Shown here one piece after another: positions 1 to 6,275 of a stretch of 60,676 nucleotides of DNA. The notes beneath the pieces were generated by a model that was given only the letters and a program-made list of their open reading frames with translations, was not told the DNA's origin and made no database searches. The translations under genes were made by a program, and so were the position numbers. Origin of the DNA: a virus (taxonomy: Duplodnaviria > Caudoviricetes); IMG/VR virus record IMGVR_UViG_3300021389_000023, positions 1 to 60,676 of that record; one strand, 5' to 3'. The number at the start of each line of letters is the position of its first letter. Positions within the stretch are counted from its first letter, which is position 1.

Positions 1-127
1 GTACTTGCCATTGTCTAACCTCCAATGGTCATACAGATTCATATTTATATCTATCTCTACCTCTGCCGTTTTGTAGTACACACTACGTTGTAAAATTTTA
101 ACTTTCATATCTCTTTTCTTTTTAATT
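1..127. repeat. Terminal overlap block 1, identical to 60274-60400
   Basis: Direct comparison: 127 identical nt, diverging at 128 vs 60401. Confidence 0.97.
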
Positions 128-392
128 ATTCGTCTTTTACTTTTATATATGTTTTGTAGTACAAAAAATCTTCATAATCTTTTTCTTCAACCTCGTAGTA
201 AGCATAATCAACGATAGTTAAACCAAACCTAGTCCCCAACCTTTGCCCTTCTAACGGCATGAATGGAATTTCAGCTACGTAGTAAAGGTTTTCAGTTTCG
301 TAGCAATATTTCAGTCCATAAAAATCTGTCCAATTATCCTTGTGTTCTTCATACTTTTTAGGACTACATTCTTTTAAAATGTGAACTCTCAT
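126..392 (-). CDS. Hypothetical early protein (allele A of variable slot)
   Basis: 88-aa ORF; same start context (aattATG) as 60378..60566. Confidence 0.75.
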   Translation of the reverse strand: MRVHILKECSPKKYEEHKDNWTDFYGLKYCYETENLYYVAEIPFMPLEGQRLGTRFGLTIVDYAYYEVEEKDYEDFLYYKTYIKVKDE

Positions 393-502
393 AATTAATA
401 GTTGTTTGTTAGGTATGTATTAAGAGCCAACTGCTGAATAACACTACCCTTGTGTTGTTTTAAAATGTTCTTTACTCCTTCGTCCTCCAAAGCTATTGAA
501 GG
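389..502. repeat. Terminal overlap block 2, identical to 60563-60676
   Basis: Direct comparison: 114 identical nt up to the end of the contig. Confidence 0.97.
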
Positions 503-550
503 GTCTACTGTATGCTCATTGCAGAGCCATATGAAATCTGCTTTTGTCAT
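395..550 (-). CDS. Hypothetical 51-aa early protein (MTKADFIWLC...)
   Basis: Hand-translated; ATGA overlap with 547..828; tiles the operon. Confidence 0.65.
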   Translation of the reverse strand: MTKADFIWLCNEHTVDPSIALEDEGVKNILKQHKGSVIQQLALNTYLTNNY

Positions 551-828
551 GAGTACATCCAATTAAAGTCTTTACTTGATAGTTTTAATAGTTGCTCTCT
601 GTAAGACTTGATGTCGTTAGCTAGGGCTAGTACATCATTAAATTCACTCTCATACCCATCGTCCCAATCATCATCCTCAGCCTCGCACAAGGACTCATAT
701 AGCCCTTGTACTTGCCAATAGATGTCATCATGCAGTGCATCAAACTCATCCAAGTCATCAGCATAGCATAGGTCTCTTAATTCGTTTAGAAGGTTATACG
801 CCTTCATTCCTTTTTCTTTTGTTGTCAT
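547..828 (-). CDS. Highly acidic hypothetical protein
   Basis: 93 aa, D/E-rich; coupled to its neighbours. Confidence 0.75.
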   Translation of the reverse strand: MTTKEKGMKAYNLLNELRDLCYADDLDEFDALHDDIYWQVQGLYESLCEAEDDDWDDGYESEFNDVLALANDIKSYREQLLKLSSKDFNWMYS

Positions 829-989
829 CTTATTAAGTTTCTTAGTTGTGTTAAAAATTGTATAAAAGGTATCTGAGCATACATGAAGGACTCTGCCTCA
901 TCATACGTCTTGAATACCTCTACTCTACTTCCTCTTGGTGTTGGATAGTCTACTACCCAAAGACCACTGTTTAGTTTTTTAGTTGTCAT
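825..989 (-). CDS. Hypothetical 54-aa early protein (MTTKKLNSGLW...)
   Basis: Hand-translated; ATGA overlap with the next gene. Confidence 0.6.
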   Translation of the reverse strand: MTTKKLNSGLWVVDYPTPRGSRVEVFKTYDEAESFMYAQIPFIQFLTQLRNLIR

Positions 990-1285
990 ATCTTATTCTC
1001 TTTTGCATATTCAAAATCAACCCATCTGTCATCTTCAGAGTCGTAAAGAACTCCATCTGAAATTTTTACTCCGACAAACACATCATTCACTTCAGTGCCG
1101 TCCGAGTAAGTTGTATTCCAATTTATAGGTACACCTATAAAGTCTTTTAATTTTTCCATATTCCAATTGTTTTATAACCTCTCTGACTCATAAAGTCTAT
1201 GTAGTTGTTGAGGTGTTTCTCGTTATTAAATTCTTTGTTGACTACACTATACCTATTAGTAAAGTGGTTCTTCATTGAGATCTTT

Positions 1286-1540
1286 CTAGTTATCATAGTA
1301 CTCGTTTTTAAATTCCTCTCTTATTAACCTACCTTGCCTAGTGTTAAAGCCATAGCTATGTGTATGTAGGCTCGGTATAGGTGTCTGCTCCACGATGAAG
1401 TGAAACATATCAATTGCCTTGCATTTATATCTATTGGATATAACCTTGCACGTATCATTCAATCTATCACAGTCATGCTTAACATGACCATAGTTTTCCG
1501 TTAGGTATCTCTCAATACCTCTTGATGTTAATCGTTTCAT
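1286..1540 (-). CDS. Hypothetical early protein
   Basis: 84-aa ORF; TAATG coupling with the upstream gene. Confidence 0.7.
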   Translation of the reverse strand: MKRLTSRGIERYLTENYGHVKHDCDRLNDTCKVISNRYKCKAIDMFHFIVEQTPIPSLHTHSYGFNTRQGRLIREEFKNEYYDN

Positions 1541-1686
1541 TAGTTATCAATTTTATAGTTATAATTTGTTTTTCTTGATAGCATAATTCTGCCTATCGTC
1601 TCTTGGATGTATGGTCTTCCATAGTCATCAAACTCAATTCTGTCTCTGTCTTCATCTAAGAAGATGTAATCGTTTAAGTCTTTCAT
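1540..1686 (-). CDS. 48-aa protein, paralog copy 1 (MKDLNDYIFLDEDRDRIEFDDYGRPYIQE...)
   Basis: Hand-translated; near-identical paralog at 2982..3128 differs mostly by synonymous or conservative changes. Confidence 0.8.
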   Translation of the reverse strand: MKDLNDYIFLDEDRDRIEFDDYGRPYIQETIGRIMLSRKTNYNYKIDN

Positions 1687-1922
1687 AATTCTCTCTGTTT
1701 ATTCCACACATTTAATGTGTTGTTGATTAATGTTTCAATTTCATCAAATTTTTCATTGTAGAAATCGTGTGCTTCTTCTGTAAACATCATTACATTTTCT
1801 TGTCCTACTTCACTTGATTCTGCATAGGTATCTGCACCAATTTTTAACTCTGTAATCTGTGTAGCAATTTCATCTACACATTCTAGAAATCTACTATCGC
1901 TTACTAATATTTTTTCACTCAT
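1683..1922 (-). CDS. Acidic hypothetical early protein
   Basis: 79-aa ORF, tagaaattATG start. Confidence 0.7.
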   Translation of the reverse strand: MSEKILVSDSRFLECVDEIATQITELKIGADTYAESSEVGQENVMMFTEEAHDFYNEKFDEIETLINNTLNVWNKQREL

Positions 1923-1935
1923 AATTTCTAATGGT

Positions 1936-2157
1936 TTAATATTTTGACAGAATCTCTCTGTCCTTTTCTAATTGTTTTTTGCTCAAGACGTTCATAATTG
2001 GAGATGTCTTTTCATCCCAAGAATAAAACTGATTGTCATTTGTCTCGTCAATACATCTTATCGAGGTGACATTGTCTAAAAGAAAGTTATCTCTTTCGAT
2101 TACATCAAGAACTTGTCTGATGTCATCTGTCATGACATCTAATATAAATCTTGCCAT
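1936..2157 (-). CDS. Hypothetical early protein (likely start MARFILD)
   Basis: ORF track 1936..2244; the ATG at 2157 has an A-rich leader. Confidence 0.6.
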   Translation of the reverse strand: MARFILDVMTDDIRQVLDVIERDNFLLDNVTSIRCIDETNDNQFYSWDEKTSPIMNVLSKKQLEKDREILSKY

Positions 2158-2404
2158 TTTTAAATCGCCCATGTTAGTCGGAAGGGACTTTTTCCTAGTT
2201 AGATGTGGGATATGGTTTTGCTCCATACAAGTGCGTCTACGCATCCCACTTTTTTTAGTTAGGTGTAACCCTAATCTTGATTTTCGGTCTCTGTGTAAAA
2301 CTCTGCGTGTTCATGACAGTCACCACACAATGTAGTATATGACCATAATGGTCTTGCTCCACAACAATTGCTATAATTTGACATAATTCTAATAGTTTAA
2401 TTAA

Positions 2405-2650
2405 TTAATATTCGTCCAATGGATACAAATCTTCCCATCCATCTACTGCGTTATTGTTATATGTTCTTGGCTCTTTGTATGGCTGTTGTTCGTAAGGCTC
2501 TACCCAAAAATCTTGACCAAATTGTTCTCCCCATCTTTCGATGCATTCCTTTGCCTCTTGCTGTGCTTCTGCTGATGTTTTAAATCCATCCTCTTGCGTT
2601 ACACATAGACCAAATTCGTCTACTGTTACTACTTTGTACATTGTCTTCAT
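2405..2650 (-). CDS. Hypothetical early protein
   Basis: 81-aa ORF, tagaattATG start. Confidence 0.7.
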   Translation of the reverse strand: MKTMYKVVTVDEFGLCVTQEDGFKTSAEAQQEAKECIERWGEQFGQDFWVEPYEQQPYKEPRTYNNNAVDGWEDLYPLDEY

Positions 2651-2658
2651 AATTCTAT

Positions 2659-2976
2659 TTAATTTCTTTTGTTATACCACTCAATAAAGTCAACTACTGC
2701 TGCATACGTTGAATCAAATCTATTGTCTTTATCTACTACAATTATTTCTTCTGAATTTCTGTTGTCTATTATCTCAACAAAGGATTGAATTACACTTACA
2801 TTGTACTTAGCACATCCATACTCATCTTCAATACTTTCAATCTTATCTACAACTGGCATCAACCAATCCCAAGAGGTGTGATACTTAATACCTTTATTAC
2901 CTAGCATATAGTAATCAAATCCATATTCTTTAGAATACACGCCCATAAATTCTGCTATTAGTTTATTGTCTTCCAT
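2659..2976 (-). CDS. Conserved phage protein (NKLIAEFMG...YHTSWDWLMPVVDKIE; ABA-sandwich-like)
   Basis: Motif pattern recalled from Flavobacteriia phage proteins. Confidence 0.7.
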   Translation of the reverse strand: MEDNKLIAEFMGVYSKEYGFDYYMLGNKGIKYHTSWDWLMPVVDKIESIEDEYGCAKYNVSVIQSFVEIIDNRNSEEIIVVDKDNRFDSTYAAVVDFIEWYNKRN

Positions 2977-2981
2977 AATTT

Positions 2982-3128
2982 CTATTTGTTTATTGTGTAG
3001 TTATACTTGGTTCTTCTAGATAGCATCACTCTGCCTATCTTCTCTTGGATGTATGGTCTACCATAGTCATCGAATTCAATTCTGTCTCTGTCTTCTTCTA
3101 AGAAGATGTAATCGTTTAAGTCTTTCAT
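2982..3128 (-). CDS. 48-aa protein, paralog copy 2 (MKDLNDYIFLEEDRDRIEFDDYGRPYIQE...)
   Basis: Hand-translated; paralog of 1540..1686. Confidence 0.8.
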   Translation of the reverse strand: MKDLNDYIFLEEDRDRIEFDDYGRPYIQEKIGRVMLSRRTKYNYTINK

Positions 3129-3445
3129 AATTCTATTTTTTTATTGTGAGTTCCTAAATAATGGTCATGAATTATCTCATGAGCATATCGCTCAATATAA
3201 GTATCTGAGAAATCAGCATATCCATTTGTCATCTTACTCCAACTCCAATCATCCTTATCGTAATTAATCAGTTTCTGTATCACTTTTGTGTTGTAAATAA
3301 CATATGCTATTTCGGGGATTACATAACTTGCACTTTCTATGTTATCAGATGGCATTTCTTGATGAGGTTGTTCTAACCTTATTCTTTCCCAAGTTCTAGC
3401 AACATGAATCAATATTATGTTGTGTATTTCTCTATCGTTAATCAT
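3125..3445 (-). CDS. Hypothetical early protein
   Basis: 106-aa ORF, tagaattATG start. Confidence 0.7.
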   Translation of the reverse strand: MINDREIHNIILIHVARTWERIRLEQPHQEMPSDNIESASYVIPEIAYVIYNTKVIQKLINYDKDDWSWSKMTNGYADFSDTYIERYAHEIIHDHYLGTHNKKIEL

Positions 3446-3449
3446 AATT

Positions 3450-3758
3450 CTATTTGTTTATAATTGTTATGTCCGTGTACTTTATCTTGGCAGTGGTCTT
3501 GTTTCCTAACATATCAAAGGTGTATAGATACATGTAGTCTCTACCAAACTTTTCTATGTTCATACCTTTACCATAGTAAGTCTCGTTATCATATATAGAC
3601 TCTCCACTATCCGTTACGACTAGGTCTTTAAGGTGATATCCATACTCATTATCATCACCACCTCTTTTGTATGTGGTAACTCCCTTGATATTAATTTCTG
3701 CGTTTCCGTTTTTAATGATTTGCTTAATTGTTTTGTTTGCTTGTCTTTTAGTTTTCAT
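3450..3758 (-). CDS. Hypothetical early protein
   Basis: 102-aa ORF, aacaaacattATG start. Confidence 0.75.
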   Translation of the reverse strand: MKTKRQANKTIKQIIKNGNAEINIKGVTTYKRGGDDNEYGYHLKDLVVTDSGESIYDNETYYGKGMNIEKFGRDYMYLYTFDMLGNKTTAKIKYTDITIINK

Positions 3759-3769
3759 AATGTTTGTTA

Positions 3770-3934
3770 TTAGTCTAGTATACCGTATTCATCTACGATT
3801 ACTATGGTGTTATTAACTTTAGTTATACCTCTATCTAAGATGTTGTTTATCTTACATAGTTTATCAGTGTACTCTAGCTTACTCTTGTTTATGTATTTTA
3901 TTGCATCTAATGTGTTGTTGTATACTTCTACCAT
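3770..3934 (-). CDS. Hypothetical early protein (likely start MVEVYNN)
   Basis: Fills the gap; gaattATG start. Confidence 0.55.
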   Translation of the reverse strand: MVEVYNNTLDAIKYINKSKLEYTDKLCKINNILDRGITKVNNTIVIVDEYGILD

Positions 3935-4158
3935 AATTCTGATTTTTCTATTTGGTTTACCTCTCTTGATGGTAACTCTGACGTGCATTCCTCGTACTTG
4001 TCAAAAGTCTTCTCGCAAAGTCTGTCGTACTTTCTGTACATCTTATCGTCACCATTGTTGTCAGCTAAATCCCTTTGGTCATTAGCTTCATTGTACTTCT
4101 CTAGCCACTTAACTGCTCTGTTGACCATGGCTTGATGTTTCTTGTTAATTGCTTTCAT
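3928..4158 (-). CDS. Hypothetical early protein
   Basis: 76-aa helical ORF; ATGA coupling. Confidence 0.75.
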   Translation of the reverse strand: MKAINKKHQAMVNRAVKWLEKYNEANDQRDLADNNGDDKMYRKYDRLCEKTFDKYEECTSELPSREVNQIEKSELW

Positions 4159-4307
4159 TGTTGTTTTATTGAATAAATTTCTAATACTTCATATCCATTG
4201 TCTTCAAGGATATCTTTAATTTCGGCTTCATCATCTGTTGGTAGGTCATACATATTCATAGAATATGCACCACCTACAGCAGTGAACATGCATTGATAAT
4301 ACTTCAT
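4155..4307 (-). CDS. Hypothetical 50-aa acidic protein (MKYYQCMFTAVGGAYS...), first gene after the hammerhead
   Basis: Hand-translated; 19-nt start context identical to that of 4371..4685. Confidence 0.7.
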   Translation of the reverse strand: MKYYQCMFTAVGGAYSMNMYDLPTDDEAEIKDILEDNGYEVLEIYSIKQQ

Positions 4308-4322
4308 AATGTTTGTTGTTTA

Positions 4323-4372
4323 AGTTAAGACGCCTCTCGGCGTTTCGTCCTATATGGACTCATCAGTTAACT
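4323..4372 (-). ncRNA. Type I hammerhead ribozyme
   Basis: Minus strand reads AGUUAA-CUGAUGA-GUCC(AUAUA)GGAC-GAAA-CGCC(GAGA)GGCG-UC^UUAACU: complete core, three perfect stems, GUC cleavage triplet. Confidence 0.95.
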
Positions 4373-4685
4373 ATGCATCATAAACACAGCCAACCGCTGA
4401 GTTCTGCCATTCAAAGTATAGACCGTTCTTACCAAGAATACTCTGTAGTTTTTCACTACCCCAATAATCAGAGTTATAGTCTAACCAACCCTCTGCATCG
4501 TACTCTTCAGCATCAATCCAAAAGTAACCTCTGTAATCCATATACTTTCGGTCATTTTGCCACCATATCTTCACCGGGCAACCAAGTTTTTTTAATTCGA
4601 TAAACGCCTTGATTGACTCCGGAGTCATGTGGTTGATTTCTTCTTTACTGAATTCGTTGTTGAACATTTCTTTTGTGTAACGCAT
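4371..4685 (-). CDS. Hypothetical protein, first ORF of the early transcript
   Basis: 104-aa W/Y-rich ORF; its TAG overlaps hammerhead stem I. Confidence 0.8.
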   Translation of the reverse strand: MRYTKEMFNNEFSKEEINHMTPESIKAFIELKKLGCPVKIWWQNDRKYMDYRGYFWIDAEEYDAEGWLDYNSDYWGSEKLQSILGKNGLYFEWQNSAVGCVYDA

Positions 4686-4710
4686 AATGTTTGTTGTTTA
4701 AAATTAATAG

Positions 4711-4801
4711 TCATCTGATAGGGATTCGAACCCAATATCTCCACGACAATGGTGTAACATCTAGGTCATGCCTAGCCTCACTCTTTGTGCCGATTCAGAT
4801 G
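4711..4801 (-). ncRNA. tRNA-like cloverleaf with a non-canonical 5-nt anticodon loop and a long variable arm
   Basis: 7-bp acceptor CAUCUGA/UCAGAUG plus discriminator A; 19-nt D region; CUAGG(CAUGA)CCUAG arm; T arm GGG-UUCGAAU-CCC; no encoded CCA. Confidence 0.6.
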
Positions 4802-5160
4802 ATTTTAGTGACAATATCTCTACCATCGCTAACGATTTTGGTTTGGGTAAAATCTCTAACCCCACTAGTGACGGTTAACGCCATATTGCTTCTGTACACA
4901 CATCTTAAGATGTTAACGGTTTTGGTCTGCCGATTGCTCAATATTCTGATATATCCGATTCGCAAAGAATTCCTATCACTAGTCTGTGCCTACTACTTTT
5001 AATCAATCAACTGCATGTTGCAGTGTAGTAAACCATGTCATGAATTTGATACCAATTGTAGAATGAACATTAAGTTGCTGAGAATCAGCTAGTTAGCTTG
5101 TAATGTACTGAGAATCAGTGACATAGCCGAAGGAGTCGGCTGCTATGCTCGGTAATCAAA
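4802..5160 (-). ncRNA. Putative structured non-coding leader of the early transcript
   Basis: No minus-strand ORF in the track; many nested stems (TTTGAT(T)ACC/GGTATCAAA, AGCCGA/TCGGCT, TACTAC/GTAGTA, ACTGCA/TGCAGT, ACTAGTGA/TCACTAGT). Confidence 0.45.
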
Positions 5161-5192
5161 TCAATATTTTAAAGAACGTTTCACCTTTCGGT
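5161..5192 (-). promoter_or_regulatory. boxB-like hairpin plus boxA-like antitermination site
   Basis: ACC-GAAA-GGT then CGTTCTTTAAAATATTG just after the predicted start site; same order as in rrn leaders. Confidence 0.55.
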
Positions 5193-5202
5193 TACTTGAG
5201 GG

Positions 5203-5234
5203 CTAAACTATATATAAGTATTTGTTCTATCAAA
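5203..5234 (-). promoter_or_regulatory. Early promoter, Bacteroidetes type
   Basis: TTTG-N20-TAGTTTAG (one mismatch to TAnnTTTG) at the head of the early arm. Confidence 0.65.
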
Positions 5235-5240
5235 AAAACT

Positions 5241-5347
5241 CGATGAAATGCATATTTATTTGTTTAAGTGTACTCTCAATCGACCAAATGCATAAAACAC
5301 ATGACGAAATGCATCCGACAAAATGCACATAATATCGATGAAATGCA
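5241..5347. repeat. Five copies of YGAY(G/C/A)AAATGCA upstream of the early promoter
   Basis: Copies start at 5241, 5281, 5302, 5316 and 5336. Confidence 0.7.
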
Positions 5348-6025
5348 AAAAGTTACATATTTACATTAAAAATCAAATATTCAATCTATTGATATTCAGT
5401 AAGTTATGAAATGACTTCTCTCTCTGTATTTCGTTTAAATGCATGAAACGTCGGTGAGATGCTATTCCTCAGCTGAGCGTATCTTATGCATATTATATGT
5501 CACCGGTAACAACATATAGTTTTCTTTTATTGAAATTACATTTGCCATAGGCTACATCTATATGTGCTTTCCTAGGTGCAATCTTGCATAATATATATGT
5601 GCATAATATGGATGCTATTACATGTACTATATAGGTATGACAATACACCACAGAAAAATGCCAAAAAAATCAGACAAGCCAACGAAAATAAGACCCCCCA
5701 TAGCGTAAAAAAATCGGTTTTCTGTAGAGGGCAATCGTCGGCATTTATATATATAGCCCTTTTACTACGTGTATCTGAATAATTTTTACCTTTGGGTATG
5801 GAGATACATATAATAAATAGGATACCGACAGGTATTGCATTAGGATGGAGTTACTTCCCTCCAGAGGATAATTTTCCTGTTGAGGAGATAACCTTCCACT
5901 TAATTTTAATAGATATAAAGTTTTTATGGTGACACAAAATGGTGTGTCGATTTTATTTTCGTCATAGAATGAGACCAAAAAGAGAGGAGAGAAATATTTT
6001 TTTATGGCAGAAAATGTGTTTTTAC

Positions 6026-6210
6026 ACTAAAAATCGACACGCTTTCTAAAAATCGACACAGAATCGACACGGGTTAAAAAACTCTATATCAGCTACTTAG
6101 GTAGTGACCGTGTCGGAATGTCGATTTTAATCCTAGTTATAGAAAAAAAATAAAATATAAATACCCTTATATAATATATATATATATATAGGCATTTTTT
6201 AAATTGACAC
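6026..6210 (+). repeat. Origin-like element A: 3x AATCGACAC, IHF-like site, inverted iterons, AT/(TA)n tract
   Basis: Iterons at 6032, 6051, 6062; TATCAGCTACTTA at 6087-6099; GTGTCGGAATGTCGATTTT at 6110-6128; inverted homolog at 59133-59320. Confidence 0.8.
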
Positions 6211-6220
6211 ACATATTTTT

Positions 6221-6251
6221 TTTGTTGGTATAATATATTTTGTTATATTTG
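6221..6251 (+). promoter_or_regulatory. Bacteroidetes promoter for groEL
   Basis: TTTG-N19-TATATTTG, 24 nt upstream of the ATG. Confidence 0.75.
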
Positions 6252-6275
6252 TTATAATAAAAAAAATGTAATAAA

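Noticed and set aside
4711-4801. Calling this a canonical tRNA
   Set aside because: 5-nt anticodon loop, no U8 or normal D-loop GG placement, and a T-stem mismatch; kept only as tRNA-like
4691-5002. 103-aa plus-strand ORF
   Set aside because: Non-ATG start, antisense to the early transcript, overlaps the tRNA-like element; no protein-like features
6026-6130. CRISPR array from the AATCGACAC repeats
   Set aside because: Repeats are 9 bp with 2-10 bp gaps and mixed orientation; no spacers or cas genes
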